From: Candidatus Krumholzibacteriota bacterium
Lineage (GTDB): Bacteria; Krumholzibacteriota; Krumholzibacteriia; JAJRXK01
Length of the DNA stretch: 64,000 nt
Assembly (NCBI GenBank): GCA_963764625.1
Contig: CAVXTH010000007.1
Span: 255,250-319,249 of the forward strand
Direction: 5' to 3'
Shown in pieces: positions 34,963 to 46,939 of the stretch. Position 1 is the stretch's first letter; each line of letters begins with the position of its first letter. The notes beneath the pieces were generated by a model, which did no database searches, was not told the origin of the DNA, and saw only the letters and a list, made by a program, of their open reading frames with translations. A program made the translations under genes and the position numbers.

Positions 34963-37026
34963 TCAGCTTCTCCCCAAAACTTCCCGCGCCAGAGCGACCA
35001 CGCGCTCCGGCGTAAAGCCGTAGTGGTGGTTGAGATCCTTCAGCGGGGCGGACGCTCCGAAGGTGTTCATGCCCAGCACCCGCCCCTTTGTCCCCACGTA
35101 GCGCTCCCAACCGAAGGGTGAGGCCTGCTCCACCGCGACCCGGGACCGGACAGTGGGCGGCAGCACCGCGTCACGGTACTCACGGGGTTGCCGCTCGAAG
35201 AGTTCCCACGACGGCATCGAGACCACCCGCGCGCGGACACCTTCGGCCGTAAGGGTTTCGTAGGCTTCGATCGCCAGCATCACTTCACTGCCCGTCGCGA
35301 GGAGAAGGAGTTCCGGCTTGCCGTCGGGCGCATCGGCGAGCACGTAGGCGCCGCGCGCCACTCCCGACGCCGGTGCGTAACGGGTGCGGTCGACGATCGG
35401 GAGCTTCTGGCGGGAGAGGACCATGAGCACCGGCCCTTCCTTCAGCTGCATCGCGCAGCGGTAGGCTTCGACTACCTCGTTGGCATCGGCGGGACGAAAC
35501 ACCGTTACATTGGGCATCGCGCGCAGTGAGGCCAACTGCTCCACCGGCTGGTGGGTAGGGCCGTCTTCGCCGTCGCCCATCGCGTCGTGAGTGAAGACGA
35601 AGAGGGTCGATAGCTCCATGATGGCCGAGAGGCGGATCGCCCCCCGGGCATAGTCGCTGAACACGAAGAAGGTGGCGCCGAACGGACGGAGCTTGCTGAG
35701 CGAGAGACCATTCACGATGGCTACCATGGCATGTTCACGTACTCCGAAGTGCAGGTTTCTGCCGCCCGGTGTCGCGGCTTGGAAGTCGCCCGTCTCTTCG
35801 CCCGTCAGGACGACCTTGTTGGACGAGGCCAAATCCGCCGAGCCACCCAACAGCCAGGGGATGTTCTGGGCGAGCACGTTCAGCACTTTGCCGGAAGCCT
35901 CTCGTCCCGCCATTCCCTTGTCGGTATCGGCGGCGAAGACCGGCAGGTTCTCGTCCCAACCGGAGGGCAGCTCTCCTCGTTGCATCAAGTCGATCTGTGC
36001 CGCGAGCTCGGGGAAGCGGGATCGGTATGCGTCGAAAAGGCCGTTCCACTCCTTGTGGGCTCGGCTACCGCGCTTGCCGATTCCCTCGGCGAAGCGGCGC
36101 TCCACTCCCTCGGGAACCAGGAACGTCTCGTTCTCTGGCCAACCGTAGGCACGCTTGGTGAGCTTGACCTCTTCCTCTCCCAGGGGTGCGCCGTGGGCCG
36201 CCGCGGTGTCCTGCTTGTGGGGGGATCCATAGCCAATGTGGCTGCGGAGAATGATGAGGGTGGGACGGCCTTCGGTTTTCTGGAATTCGCGGAATGCCTC
36301 TTCGATGCGCTCTAGGTCGTTGGCGTCTTCCACCCGGAGCACTCTCCAGCCATAGGCGTCGAAGCGCATCGCGACATCCTCGGTGAAGGTGATCTCCGTG
36401 CTGCCATCGATGCTGATGTGGTTGCTGTCGTAGACCCAACACAGCTGGTCGAGGCCGAGGTGTCCGGCCAGCGAAGCGGCTTCCGACCCAATCCCCTCCA
36501 TGAGACAGCCATCACCAGCTACTGCGTACACGGAATAGTCGAAGAGCGGGAAGCCGGGTCGATCATAGTGGTTCGAGAGCCACTTCTGCGCGATGGCCAT
36601 GCCGACGCTGTTCGCGATGCCCTGACCCAAAGGACCGGTCGTCGTCTCGACGCCGGAGGTGAGCGGGTACTCGGGATGACCGGTCGCCTTGCTTCCCCAT
36701 TGCCGAAAGCGCCGGATGTCGTCGAGCGATACGGCGAGTTCGTCCAGCGGTTCGTCGTCCGCGCCGACCTCACGGGTGCCGCTGAGGTGGAGCAACGACC
36801 ACAACAGCATGGAGGCGTGGCCGTTGCTGAGGACGAAGCGATCGCGGCCGGGCCAGGTGGGATCTTCAGGGTCGAAGCGCAGTACCCGGTTCCAGAGCAC
36901 GTAGCCCATGGGTGCCAGCCCCATGGGCGCGCCGGGGTGACCGGAGTTCGCCTGCTGAACCGCATCGATGGAAAGGGTGCGAATCGTATTCACGCACAAC
37001 TGGTCGAGATCAGGGGTCGAAGCCAT
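34963..37026 (-). CDS. tkt: Transketolase
   Basis: NSGHPGAPMG, DRFVLSNGHAS, TTGPLGQG, GDGCLMEG, GEDGPTHQP. Confidence 0.97.
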   Translation of the reverse strand: MASTPDLDQLCVNTIRTLSIDAVQQANSGHPGAPMGLAPMGYVLWNRVLRFDPEDPTWPGRDRFVLSNGHASMLLWSLLHLSGTREVGADDEPLDELAVSLDDIRRFRQWGSKATGHPEYPLTSGVETTTGPLGQGIANSVGMAIAQKWLSNHYDRPGFPLFDYSVYAVAGDGCLMEGIGSEAASLAGHLGLDQLCWVYDSNHISIDGSTEITFTEDVAMRFDAYGWRVLRVEDANDLERIEEAFREFQKTEGRPTLIILRSHIGYGSPHKQDTAAAHGAPLGEEEVKLTKRAYGWPENETFLVPEGVERRFAEGIGKRGSRAHKEWNGLFDAYRSRFPELAAQIDLMQRGELPSGWDENLPVFAADTDKGMAGREASGKVLNVLAQNIPWLLGGSADLASSNKVVLTGEETGDFQAATPGGRNLHFGVREHAMVAIVNGLSLSKLRPFGATFFVFSDYARGAIRLSAIMELSTLFVFTHDAMGDGEDGPTHQPVEQLASLRAMPNVTVFRPADANEVVEAYRCAMQLKEGPVLMVLSRQKLPIVDRTRYAPASGVARGAYVLADAPDGKPELLLLATGSEVMLAIEAYETLTAEGVRARVVSMPSWELFERQPREYRDAVLPPTVRSRVAVEQASPFGWERYVGTKGRVLGMNTFGASAPLKDLNHHYGFTPERVVALAREVLGRS

Positions 37027-37037
37027 GGTTTCCTCTC

Positions 37038-37739
37038 TCAGTCATTCGAGTCCAGGCTCGAGGCTGCTTCTGTGTCGGCGAGTAGAACGGAGTTGGCGAC
37101 GCGCACGCGTCCGGCCGGGATGGACCGGTCGCGGGCCACGAGCCGCGGCAATACCTGGGCCTTTTCGGCGCCGGTCACCACCCACAGGATCGCCTGCGCT
37201 CGATTCAGCGCGGGATAGGTGAGCGTCATGCGGCGAAAGCCGGCATAGACGCCGGTCGTTGCCACGTCGCGGTCGGCGATCTCGAGCACCGGATCTTGGG
37301 GGACAAGGGAAGCGGTGTGGCCGTCCGCTCCGAGGCCGAGGTGGATCAGGTCGAGCACCGCGGGCGATCCCACGAGCATCTCCAGCTCACGCGCGTAGCT
37401 TGCCGCCGCGGAATCGAGGTCTGCCTGCTCCACCGGCATGGCATGCAGATTCGCCGGGGGAAGCGGCACGCACTGCAGGAGATCGTGCTCCAACTGGGTT
37501 AGGTTCCGGTTCGGATCGCCATCTGGTGCCACGCGCTCGTCTACCTGGAAGAGGTGAATGGCCTCCCAGGGCACGTTCTCTTTGGCCAGCGCCTGGAGCA
37601 TCAGCGAGGGAGTGTGTCCGCCGCTGACGGCGCAGAGGAATCGCCCGCGGGCGGAGACCGCAGTCCGGGCGGATTCGGCCAGGAGGTTGGCAGCCCTATG
37701 GGCGACCGCTTCGGCATTTGGCAGGACTTCCGTCCTCAT
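37038..37739 (-). CDS. pgl: 6-phosphogluconolactonase
   Basis: [28 protein letters not shown]. Confidence 0.95.
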   Translation of the reverse strand: MRTEVLPNAEAVAHRAANLLAESARTAVSARGRFLCAVSGGHTPSLMLQALAKENVPWEAIHLFQVDERVAPDGDPNRNLTQLEHDLLQCVPLPPANLHAMPVEQADLDSAAASYARELEMLVGSPAVLDLIHLGLGADGHTASLVPQDPVLEIADRDVATTGVYAGFRRMTLTYPALNRAQAILWVVTGAEKAQVLPRLVARDRSIPAGRVRVANSVLLADTEAASSLDSND

Positions 37740-39154
37740 TCATCCTCCGCTGGCATGATTCGCTCCGCGCCACTCGTCTGCTCGGGATCGTCCGCCAGGA
37801 ACCAGCCGCCGGGCACGATATCCTCGGCTTCGCGCGGTCCCCAGGTACCGGGTTCGTACTCATGGAGCGCCAGGTCCTGTCTCAGCAGGGGATCCACGAT
37901 GCGCCAGGCCTCCTCCACGTAATCCTGGCGCGCGAATCTGAAGGTCTCACCTTCCATCGCGTCCCCGAGGAGCTCGGCGTATGGATTGATTCTCTTGCCA
38001 TCGTGCTCGTGACTCGCGATGAGTTCCAGATCGTGACTTTGGACTTTGTCACTGTCCTCGCGCACGCTGGCTCCGAGAGCGATCGTGAATTCCGGGCTCA
38101 GGCGGAAGCGAATGTGATTTGGCGTGGCTTTCAGACCGCGAACGACCGGTGGCGGTTTCCGAAGGACGACCGTCACCTCGGTGCGGTTCATGGGCAGCTT
38201 CTTTCCCGCTCGAATGAAGAACGGAACTCCCTGCCAGCGCCACGAGTTCACTTCGAGCCGCAGCGCGGCGAAGGTCTCGATGCGCGAGTCCTTGGCGACA
38301 TTGGCTTTGTCGCGATAGCCACGGAATTGGCCGCGAACCACTCTGCCCGGCTTCAGCGCCGGGATGGCCTTGAGTACCTTCACCTTCTCGTCGCGCAAGG
38401 TCTCGGAGTCTGCGCTGTCCGGAGGGGGCTCCATGGCCACGTTCGACAGCACTTGCAGTAGATGGTTCTGTACGACGTCGCGAATCGCTCCCGTCTTTTC
38501 GTAGAACGCTCCGCGGCCGAAGATGCCGAATCTCTCGGCCAGGGTGATCTGAATGTTCTCGACATAGCGGCGATTCCAGATCGGTTCGAGAAAGGTATTG
38601 GCGAAGCGGAAGAAGACCAGGTTCTGAACCGCCGACTTCCCGAGGTAGTGGTCGATGCGAAAGATGGCGTGTTCGTCGTAATTCCGGAGCAGGATGGCGT
38701 TCAGCCGTTGAGCCGACGCCAAGTCGTTTCCGAATGGCTTTTCGAGGACGAGCCGGGCCCCCGCGCCATGGCCCAGGGCGGCGATGTGCGTGACCACCGT
38801 CTCGAACAGGCTCTGAGGAATTGCCAGGTAGTGTACCGGTCGCTTGATGTCAGCCAGCGCCTGGCCCAGCGCGTCGAAGGTCGCCGCGTCCGAGTAATCG
38901 CCATGCACGTAGCGGAGCTGCTTCATGAGCTTCGGGAAAGCCTCGGGATCGGCCCCGCCGCCGTGCTTCTCCACGCTTTCTTTTGCGCGCGCTTTCAGGC
39001 CTTCGAGACCACACTTGTCCCTGGCCACCCCGATGATCGGCACTTCGAGTTCGCCCCGCTTGACCATTTGTTGCAGGGCTGGGAAGACCTTCTTGAAGGC
39101 CAGATCTCCGGTGGCTCCATAGAAGATTAGGGCGTCGGCTTTCGTCTTGCTCAT
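37736..39154 (-). CDS. zwf: Glucose-6-phosphate dehydrogenase
   Basis: [30 protein letters not shown]; start 39154. Confidence 0.96.
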   Translation of the reverse strand: MSKTKADALIFYGATGDLAFKKVFPALQQMVKRGELEVPIIGVARDKCGLEGLKARAKESVEKHGGGADPEAFPKLMKQLRYVHGDYSDAATFDALGQALADIKRPVHYLAIPQSLFETVVTHIAALGHGAGARLVLEKPFGNDLASAQRLNAILLRNYDEHAIFRIDHYLGKSAVQNLVFFRFANTFLEPIWNRRYVENIQITLAERFGIFGRGAFYEKTGAIRDVVQNHLLQVLSNVAMEPPPDSADSETLRDEKVKVLKAIPALKPGRVVRGQFRGYRDKANVAKDSRIETFAALRLEVNSWRWQGVPFFIRAGKKLPMNRTEVTVVLRKPPPVVRGLKATPNHIRFRLSPEFTIALGASVREDSDKVQSHDLELIASHEHDGKRINPYAELLGDAMEGETFRFARQDYVEEAWRIVDPLLRQDLALHEYEPGTWGPREAEDIVPGGWFLADDPEQTSGAERIMPAEDE

Positions 39155-40164
39155 GACTTCTTCTCGAGGTGACCGCCAAAGGCGTACCGCATCGCCGAAA
39201 GAACCCGGTTGGCGTAGTCGGCGTTCCCGCGCGAGGAAAAGCGTTCCAAAAGAGCGGCGGTGAGAACCGGGGAGGGCACGCCCTCGTCGATGGATGCCTT
39301 GATGGTCCAGCGGCCCTCTCCGGAATCGGAGACGCGGCCGGCGAAGGATTCCAGCTTGGGGTCTTTGATCAACGCACCGGCCGTCAGGTCCAAGAGCCAC
39401 GAGCCGATGACGCTGCCGCGCCGCCAGACTTCGGCCACCTCGGCCAGGTCGAACTCGTACTGATAGTGCTCGGGGTTGCGCAAGGGAGTGGTTTCGGCGT
39501 CGGAGTCCTGGGCGTGCTTTCCGATGGAAGCGCCCCGCAAGACGTTCAGACCTTCGGCGTAGGCCGCCATGATTCCGTATTCGATGCCGTTGTGAACCAT
39601 CTTCACGAAGTGGCCCCCTCCGGCCGAGCCGCAGTGCAAGTAACCGTGTTCGGCCGTCCCCTTGCCCGGCTCACGGCCCGGGGTGGGCGGTGCCGAAGAG
39701 GGGTCGGGGCTGAGGGCGGCGAAGATCGGGTCGAGGTGGCTCACCACCTCGGGCTCACCGCCGATCATCTGGCAGTAGCCGCGTTCAAATCCCCACACTC
39801 CACCACTCGTACCCACGTCCACATAGTGGATGCCCTTGGGCGCGAGCTCCTTGGCCCGGCGAATGTCGTCGATGTAGTAGGAGTTTCCGCCGTCGATGAG
39901 AATGTCTCCCTTGGTGAGAAGAGGCGCGAGTTGGGAGATGGTCTCGTCGACCACCGCCGCCGGCACCATCATCCAGATCGCACGGGGCTTCTGGAGCTTC
40001 TTCACCAGATCGGCGAGAGAGGATGAGCCCACCGCTTTCTCTTTGGCGAGCGATTCGACGGCTTTTGGCGATACGTCGAAGACCACGCACTCGTGTCCAG
40101 CGCCGATCAGCCGGCGTACCATGTTCGAGCCCATGCGTCCGAGCCCGATCATCCCGATTTGCAT
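39151..40164 (-). CDS. gnd: 6-phosphogluconate dehydrogenase (short, YqeC-like)
   Basis: [38 protein letters not shown]. Confidence 0.95.
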   Translation of the reverse strand: MQIGMIGLGRMGSNMVRRLIGAGHECVVFDVSPKAVESLAKEKAVGSSSLADLVKKLQKPRAIWMMVPAAVVDETISQLAPLLTKGDILIDGGNSYYIDDIRRAKELAPKGIHYVDVGTSGGVWGFERGYCQMIGGEPEVVSHLDPIFAALSPDPSSAPPTPGREPGKGTAEHGYLHCGSAGGGHFVKMVHNGIEYGIMAAYAEGLNVLRGASIGKHAQDSDAETTPLRNPEHYQYEFDLAEVAEVWRRGSVIGSWLLDLTAGALIKDPKLESFAGRVSDSGEGRWTIKASIDEGVPSPVLTAALLERFSSRGNADYANRVLSAMRYAFGGHLEKKS

Positions 40165-40186
40165 AGTGTTTCTCCTCGAGCTTCAG

Positions 40187-41827
40187 CTAACGGCCCGGCC
40201 GCCTCAGTCTCCGGTAGCGGTGGATGAGCGCGTTGGTGGAGGGGTCATGGGTGAGCTCGGGCTCCTTGGGACCTTCGAGCTCCGGAACGATTCGCTGGGC
40301 CAGGACCTTGCCCAGTTCCACTCCCCATTGGTCGAACGAATCGATTTCCCAGATCGTGCCCTGGGTGAACACATCGTGCTCGTAGAGCGCCACGAGTTTA
40401 CCGAGCGCCTTCGGGGTGAGCCGGTCGAGCAGGAGGACGTTGGAGGGCCGGTTCCCGTCGAACTCGCGGTGCTTGGCCAGCCAAGAGGGTGTGCCCTCGG
40501 CCTCCACTTCGGCAACGGTTTTTCCGAAGGCCAATGCTTCCGCCTGCGCGAAGACGTTGGCGACGAGAAGGTCGTGGTGGTTGCCCAGCGGGTTCAGGCT
40601 TTGGGCAAAGGCGATGAAGTCGGCCGGCACGAGGCGCGTGCCCTGGTGGAGCAGCTGGTAGAAGGAATGCTGGCCGTTCGTTCCCGGCTCGCCCCAGTAG
40701 ATGGGCGAGGTGTCGACCTCGACGCGCGCCCCGTCGAGCCTGACCTGCTTGCCGTTGCTCTCCATGGTGAGTTGCTGCAGGTAGGCAGGAAAGCGCTTCA
40801 GGTATTGCTCGTAGGGCAGCACCGCCACCGTCTGCGCGCCGAAGAAGTCGTTGTACCAGATCGAGAGCAGCGCCTTCAGGACGGGTAGGTTCTGCTCGAA
40901 CGGCGCGGTGCGGAAGTGCTCGTCCATCTCGTGAAAGCCGTCGAGCATGGAGCGGAAGGCCTCGGGTCCGATGGCCAGCATCGTAGAAAGTCCGATGGCC
41001 GAGTCCATCGAGTAGCGTCCCCCGACCCAGTCCCAGAACCCGAACATGTTCGCGGTGTCGATACCGAAGTCGGAGACCTTTTCCGCGTTGGTGGAGACCG
41101 CGACGAAATGCTTGGCCACCGCTTGTTCGTCTCCACCCAGGCCGGTGAGCACCCAATCGCGCGCGGTCCGGGCGTTCGTCATGGTCTCGAGCGTCGAGAA
41201 GGACTTCGAAGAGATGATGAAGAGGGTCTCGGCCGGGTCGAGATCCCGGGTGGCCTCGGCAAAGTCGGTGCCATCCACGTTGGAGACGAAGCGGAAGTTC
41301 ATCGACCGTTCGGCGTAGAAGCGGAGCGCCTCGTAGGCCATCACCGGGCCAAGATCCGATCCTCCGATTCCGATGTTCACCACCGATTTGATGCGTTTCC
41401 CGGAGTGTCCTTTCCATTCACCGCTCCGTACGCGGTTTGTAAAGCCGGTCATCTTGTCGAGCACTTCGTGAACATGGGGCACCACGTTTTCGCCGTCCAC
41501 CACGATGGAGGCGCCCCGTGGAGCTCGCAGCGCCACGTGCAGAACGGCCCGGTCCTCCGTGAGGTTGATCTTGTCGCCGCGGAACATGGCCTCGATGCGC
41601 TCACGCAGGCCTGCATCCACCGCGAGCTTCACGAGCAGTGACATCGTCTCGCCGGTCACGCGATTCTTCGAGTAGTCGAGGAAGATCCCCGCTGTCTCGA
41701 GCGAAAGCCGCTCTCCTCGTTCGGGATCGCGTTCGAAGAGCTCGCGCAGATGCAGCGGCGCAATCTCGGCATGGTGGGCCGCCAATTTCGTCCAGGTCCG
41801 ACTCCGCCGATTCGCGACTGGATTCAT
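40187..41827 (-). CDS. pgi: Glucose-6-phosphate isomerase
   Basis: [38 protein letters not shown]. Confidence 0.97.
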   Translation of the reverse strand: MNPVANRRSRTWTKLAAHHAEIAPLHLRELFERDPERGERLSLETAGIFLDYSKNRVTGETMSLLVKLAVDAGLRERIEAMFRGDKINLTEDRAVLHVALRAPRGASIVVDGENVVPHVHEVLDKMTGFTNRVRSGEWKGHSGKRIKSVVNIGIGGSDLGPVMAYEALRFYAERSMNFRFVSNVDGTDFAEATRDLDPAETLFIISSKSFSTLETMTNARTARDWVLTGLGGDEQAVAKHFVAVSTNAEKVSDFGIDTANMFGFWDWVGGRYSMDSAIGLSTMLAIGPEAFRSMLDGFHEMDEHFRTAPFEQNLPVLKALLSIWYNDFFGAQTVAVLPYEQYLKRFPAYLQQLTMESNGKQVRLDGARVEVDTSPIYWGEPGTNGQHSFYQLLHQGTRLVPADFIAFAQSLNPLGNHHDLLVANVFAQAEALAFGKTVAEVEAEGTPSWLAKHREFDGNRPSNVLLLDRLTPKALGKLVALYEHDVFTQGTIWEIDSFDQWGVELGKVLAQRIVPELEGPKEPELTHDPSTNALIHRYRRLRRPGR

Positions 41828-42915
41828 GAGGCCCTACTTGCTGCGGCGATCTTCTCATCGATGCGGGCAAGCAGGTCGTTCCAGGACTTGGTGAAGGCCT
41901 TCGCACCCTCCTCTTGGAGCTGCGTCGCCAGCGCATCGACATCCACGCCGGCTTGGGCGTGGCGGGAAATCACTATCTCTGCGCTACTGCTGTCGACAGC
42001 GAGCGGCGCGTCGACCTCGCCGTGATCGGCAAAGGCGAGAAGAGTCTTCTCGGGTATGGTGTTGACGGTGTATGGGGAGGCGAGCGCTTTCACGTAGAGG
42101 GTGTCCGAAGCCTCGGGGTCCTTGGTTCCGGTGCTGGCCCAAAGCACTCGTTGCGGCCGCGCGCCCTCGTTCTGGGCCCGCTGCCAGCGCTGCGAAGCCT
42201 GGATGGCGCGTACGGCGGCATAGACTCGACCCGCCATGGCGCAGCCCAGGGTGTTCTTCAGGTCCGCCGGGACTTTCGAAGATACCGCTACGTCCCAGCG
42301 GCTGACGAAGATCGAACCCACCGACCGCACGTCGGGATCGAGGCCGGCTTCGATGCGCCGCTCGATTCCGCGCAGCCACGCGTCGGCCGCGGCAAGGTAC
42401 TGCTCGCGGGAAAAGAGCAGGGTCACGTTCACCGGAATCCCGGCAAAGGTGGCCTCCTCGATGGCAGGAAGTCCTTCTTTCGTCCCCGGAATCTTGATGT
42501 GCAGATTGGGCCGGTTCGCGCGGGCGAAGAGATCCTTCGCTGCCTTCAGAGTCGCACCGGTGTCGTGGGCCAAGAGGGGTGAGACTTCGAGCGAGACGAA
42601 GCCGTCCACTCCCTTGGTCCGTTCGTATACCGGACGAAATAGATCCGCCGCGCGGGTTAGGTCGTCGATGGCGAGGTCGAAGAAGAGATCCTCGCGGCTG
42701 CGGCCGGAGTTCATTCCTTCGCGAATGGCGTCGTCGTAGGCAGCGCTACCCTTCAGCGCATGTTCGAAGATGGTGGGATTCGAGGTGAGCCCGGTGACGA
42801 AAAACTCGTCGATGTAGCGCTTCAGAGTGCCAGAGTCGAGCAGATCACGGGTGATGTTGTCGAGCCACAGGCTCTGCCCCAGATCGTGCAGTTGCTGGTT
42901 GGGATTCATCATCAT
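41824..42915 (-). CDS. tal: Transaldolase
   Basis: [38 protein letters not shown]. Confidence 0.96.
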   Translation of the reverse strand: MMMNPNQQLHDLGQSLWLDNITRDLLDSGTLKRYIDEFFVTGLTSNPTIFEHALKGSAAYDDAIREGMNSGRSREDLFFDLAIDDLTRAADLFRPVYERTKGVDGFVSLEVSPLLAHDTGATLKAAKDLFARANRPNLHIKIPGTKEGLPAIEEATFAGIPVNVTLLFSREQYLAAADAWLRGIERRIEAGLDPDVRSVGSIFVSRWDVAVSSKVPADLKNTLGCAMAGRVYAAVRAIQASQRWQRAQNEGARPQRVLWASTGTKDPEASDTLYVKALASPYTVNTIPEKTLLAFADHGEVDAPLAVDSSSAEIVISRHAQAGVDVDALATQLQEEGAKAFTKSWNDLLARIDEKIAAASRAS

Positions 42916-43033
42916 TCACCGTAACGAGCGTTGTCGTAAGCGATACACAGGATAGCAATGTCGGTGAGCTACGCCAGCGCCATGACCCGCGGGACCCATT
43001 GCGCAGCCGTCCTCGAGTCGATCGATCGTCGCC

Positions 43034-43657
43034 TCACGAGACTCGTAAGCCGTGGGAGGCCAGCACGGCGCGGGTGGAGGCGAAATCCGTATGGTGGATC
43101 CCACGGATTCCCAAGCTCTTGGCGACTTGAACGAACATCGCGGTGTTCTCCAGATACAGCACCCTCCGGGCGGGGGTCTGGGCGATGTCCAGCGCGAGGC
43201 GATAGATCTCCAGGTCCGGCTTGCGGAGGTGAACGAAGCAGGAGGAGATGAAGACGTCGAACAGCCCGTCGAGCCTGAATTTGCGAATTCGATACGCGTT
43301 CACCTCCCGCGCTTCGTTGCTCACGGCGACCAGCTTCAGATTCTGCTGGGCCTTGATCTGGGCCACCAGCTCGAGCATCTCCGGGTAGGGCTTGGACTGG
43401 GCGAACATGAAGCGCCGGAACTGGGCCCGGGTGAACGGCCGTCTCTTGTAGAACACGACCCGGCCCAAGTACTCGTCCAGGCTGAGCTTCCCTATCTCGA
43501 GGGTGTCGTAAGTATGGCCGTGCCGCTCTTCCATTTCATCCGGATCGAGCTCGAAGTGCTTGGCCGCTCTTGGGCGAGCATGGTGGTCCCACCCATTGGT
43601 GAGCAGAACGCCCCCGATATCCACGAACAGACAGGTGATTGAAGTTGGTGCTTTCAT
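43034..43657 (-). CDS. HAD-family phosphatase
   Basis: FVDIGGVLLTNGW, VSNE, RKPD; heads the PPP operon. Confidence 0.85.
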   Translation of the reverse strand: MKAPTSITCLFVDIGGVLLTNGWDHHARPRAAKHFELDPDEMEERHGHTYDTLEIGKLSLDEYLGRVVFYKRRPFTRAQFRRFMFAQSKPYPEMLELVAQIKAQQNLKLVAVSNEAREVNAYRIRKFRLDGLFDVFISSCFVHLRKPDLEIYRLALDIAQTPARRVLYLENTAMFVQVAKSLGIRGIHHTDFASTRAVLASHGLRVS

Positions 43658-43847
43658 GGTTGGCATTCTCTTCCAAAACGCCGCGGGCGTCATCCCCTCG
43701 ATCGAATCAAACGGAAAGAAGGCCTTCGGGTTCCTTCACCTTGTCAGTTTGCTCCCTTACACGTAGCCTATGGATTCCGGGGGACTTTGGTCGGACCAGG
43801 TTCAAATGTCCCGGGTGCTCAGCTTCTGAGGGAGTTGATGAGGAGCC

Positions 43848-46016
43848 ATGGGCGAAAAGGACGACGGCCCCGGCCAAAAGGGCATCCGAATTGCCATGCT
43901 CAGCATCCACGGCCTCATTCGCGGCAAAGACCTCGAACTGGGCCGTGATCCCGATACCGGCGGCCAGACTCGCTACGTGGTCGAGTTGGCCCGCGCTCTG
44001 GGCCGGCGCCGCGAAATCGCTCGGGTCGATCTCTTCACGCGGCGCGTCCTCGATCCCTCGGTCGACTCCATTTATTCCCAGCGCATCGAGAGGCTCTCGC
44101 CCAAGGCCAGCATCGTTCGCATCGACTGCGGGCCCGAGGAATACATCCGCAAGGAAGAGCTTTGGGACCATCTCGACGCCTTCGCCGACAACGCGCTCAC
44201 CTTCTTCCGTGATGAAGCCGGCTTCCCCGATCTCATCCACAGCCATTATGCCGATGCTGGATACGTGGGCATTCGTCTCGCGGCCCAGCTCGGGGTGCCG
44301 CTGGTGCACACCGGGCACTCGCTGGGACGGGTGAAGCGGGCGCGCCTGTTGGCTTCGGGTCTTCAACAGGATGAGATCGAAAAGCGCTACCACATCTCGC
44401 GCCGCATCGAGGCCGAAGAAGACACTCTGGCCGCGGCCGAGAGGGTGGTGGTCTCCACCCAGAACGAAATCGAAAAGCAATACGGCCTCTACGATCACTT
44501 CCAGCCCGAGCAGATGCGGGTGATTCCACCGGGCACCGACCTGAAGCACTTCCATCCTCCGAACGGGGCGAGTCTCGACGCCCCACTCTGCCAGCAGTTG
44601 CGGCGGTTTTTGCGCGAACCCGACAAGCCCTTCATCCTGGCCCTTTCACGCCCGGACGAACGCAAGAACATCACCACCCTCATCGACGCCTACGGGTCTT
44701 CACCTGAACTGCAGAAGCTGGCGAATCTGGTGATCGTGGCGGGCAATCGCGACGAGATCCACGAGATGGAGAACGCATCGGCACGCGTGCTCCTGGACAT
44801 TCTCTTGCGCATCGACGCGAACGACCTGTACGGCCGCGTCGCCTACCCCAAGCATCACCGCACCGAGGACGTGCCGGCGCTCTATCGTTTGGCCGCCGCT
44901 CAACGCGGCGTCTTCATCAACCCCGCGCTCACCGAACCCTTCGGGCTCACCCTCATCGAAGCCGCGGCCAGCGGAATTCCTCTGGTGGCCACGGAGGACG
45001 GGGGACCGCGTGAGATCATTGCCAACTGCAAAAACGGCTATCTCATCGACCCACTCGACATCCCGAACATGGCCAAGGTGCTCAGGAAAGTGCTCAGGAG
45101 CGGCAAGGAGTGGGACGCGATGGCGCGGCGCGGGCTGGAGGGAGTGCAGGAGCACTACTCGTGGGCCGCCCACGCCGAATCGTACGTGAAGGAACTGAAG
45201 CGGGTTCTGGCCGGGGTGGAACCTCGCCCCCGGCCTACGCTGCAACGCCGTCCCATGCTGTACCACGACCGGGCCCTCTTTTCCGACTTGGACCAAAATC
45301 TTCTGGGCGATCCGGAATCCCTGGCCGAGTTCCTGAGAGTGATGCGCGACAATCGCCAGCGAGCTACCTTTGGCATCGCCACCGGACGGGGTTTGGAATC
45401 GGCCCTGAAGATCATGCGCCGCTACAAGATTCCCCGGCCCGACGTGTTCATCACTTCGGTGGGCACCGAGATCCACTACGGTCCCGAGATGACGGCCGAC
45501 GCCGCCTGGTCCCGCCACATCGATCACCTGTGGACGCCGCGCAAAGTGCGCACCGTACTGGAAGATCTTCCCGGCCTCCAGTTGCAGCCCAAGGCGGAGC
45601 AGGGGCGCTTCAAGTTGAGCTACTACTACGACCCAGATCAGGGCCTTCCTCTGGAAGAAATCACCCGGATGTTGCGGCAGAACGATCAAACCGTGAACAT
45701 GGTCGTGTCGTTCGGGCAGTACATCGACATCATGCCGGTGCGCGCCTCCAAGGGTTTCGCGCTGCGCTGGTTCTCCGAGCACTGGGGAATTCCTCTCGAA
45801 CGCATCCTCGCGGCCGGAGGTTCGGGCGCCGACGAGGACATGATGCGAGGTAATACGCTGGCCGCGGTGGTGGGTCATCGCCACGACGAAGAGCTCTCGG
45901 AGCTCATGAAGGGCGAACGCATCTACTTCGCCAAAAAATCCTATGCGGCGGGAATTCTCGAGGCGATCGAACACTATGATTTCTACGGGGCATGCCGCGA
46001 TCCGCACACCCCGTAA
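43848..46016 (+). CDS. sps: Sucrose-phosphate synthase (GT4 + SPP-like HAD domain)
   Basis: SIHGLIRG..ELGRDPDTGGQTRYV, HSHYADAG, TGHSLG, LSRPDERKN, EPFGLTLIEA. Confidence 0.95.
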   Translation: MGEKDDGPGQKGIRIAMLSIHGLIRGKDLELGRDPDTGGQTRYVVELARALGRRREIARVDLFTRRVLDPSVDSIYSQRIERLSPKASIVRIDCGPEEYIRKEELWDHLDAFADNALTFFRDEAGFPDLIHSHYADAGYVGIRLAAQLGVPLVHTGHSLGRVKRARLLASGLQQDEIEKRYHISRRIEAEEDTLAAAERVVVSTQNEIEKQYGLYDHFQPEQMRVIPPGTDLKHFHPPNGASLDAPLCQQLRRFLREPDKPFILALSRPDERKNITTLIDAYGSSPELQKLANLVIVAGNRDEIHEMENASARVLLDILLRIDANDLYGRVAYPKHHRTEDVPALYRLAAAQRGVFINPALTEPFGLTLIEAAASGIPLVATEDGGPREIIANCKNGYLIDPLDIPNMAKVLRKVLRSGKEWDAMARRGLEGVQEHYSWAAHAESYVKELKRVLAGVEPRPRPTLQRRPMLYHDRALFSDLDQNLLGDPESLAEFLRVMRDNRQRATFGIATGRGLESALKIMRRYKIPRPDVFITSVGTEIHYGPEMTADAAWSRHIDHLWTPRKVRTVLEDLPGLQLQPKAEQGRFKLSYYYDPDQGLPLEEITRMLRQNDQTVNMVVSFGQYIDIMPVRASKGFALRWFSEHWGIPLERILAAGGSGADEDMMRGNTLAAVVGHRHDEELSELMKGERIYFAKKSYAAGILEAIEHYDFYGACRDPHTP

Positions 46017-46036
46017 CTCTGTTCCCCGGTTCCGTC

Positions 46037-46939
46037 ATGAGCGTGATGAAACCAAGCAGACCGCAGATCCTCGTATTCGGAGAAGTCCTCTTCGATTGCT
46101 TTCCCGACGGCTCCACCGTGCTGGGAGGTGCTCCCTTCAACGTGGCCTGGAACCTGCAAGGTCTGGGGGCTTATCCAATTTTCGTGAGCCGGGTGGGCGA
46201 CGACGCGCTCGGTGAGCAGATTGGGGCCGCCATGGAAGAGTGGAAAATGGAGACCGCCGGGCTCCAAATCGACTCAAAACGGCCCACCGGCAAGGTCGAG
46301 GTCAGTTTCCACGAAGGAGAGCCGAGCTATGAAATCGTGGCGGACTGCGCCTACGATTTCATCGAGTCCGAGGCGCTCTCTCTCGAATTCTCCGCCTGCC
46401 GCCTGGCCGTTCATGGCACGCTGGCGCTTAGAGGCCCCAAGTCCCGGATCAGCTTCACGAACATCATGCAACGCGCCCGTATTCCCTCGTTCTACGATGT
46501 GAACTTGCGGGACCCCTGGTGGGATCGCGAGACTGTGCAGGAATATCTGAGGCGGACGGAGATCGTAAAGTTGAACGAAGATGAATTGCGGCGGTTGATT
46601 CCGCAAGAGGGTGCGCTCAAAGAGCGCGCCCAACGTTTGCTCGAGCTGGGCCCGAAGACCGTCTGTTTGACGCGAGGGAAGAAGGGCGCCGCCGTCTACG
46701 GACGCGAAGGGTGCCTGGCTGAGGTCGAACCGAAGCGGGAGGTCGAAGTCGTCGACACCGTAGGCGCGGGAGACGCCTTCGCTTCGGTCTTCATCTTGGG
46801 ACGGGTCAACGAATGGGAACTCGATACCACCATGCAACGCGCGCAGGATTTCGCCGGGACCGTGGTTGGACGGAGAGGTGCGACTTTGAAGGATGAGAAT
46901 TTCTATCGCCGTTTTCGCGAAAGCTGGGGCCTGTCATGA
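46037..46939 (+). CDS. PfkB-family fructokinase
   Basis: [29 protein letters not shown]; sucrose cluster; start may be 46046. Confidence 0.9.
   Translation: MSVMKPSRPQILVFGEVLFDCFPDGSTVLGGAPFNVAWNLQGLGAYPIFVSRVGDDALGEQIGAAMEEWKMETAGLQIDSKRPTGKVEVSFHEGEPSYEIVADCAYDFIESEALSLEFSACRLAVHGTLALRGPKSRISFTNIMQRARIPSFYDVNLRDPWWDRETVQEYLRRTEIVKLNEDELRRLIPQEGALKERAQRLLELGPKTVCLTRGKKGAAVYGREGCLAEVEPKREVEVVDTVGAGDAFASVFILGRVNEWELDTTMQRAQDFAGTVVGRRGATLKDENFYRRFRESWGLS

Noticed and set aside
39155-39400. N-terminal extension of zwf
   Set aside because: Overlaps gnd in another frame; coupled ATG at 39154 fits the family start
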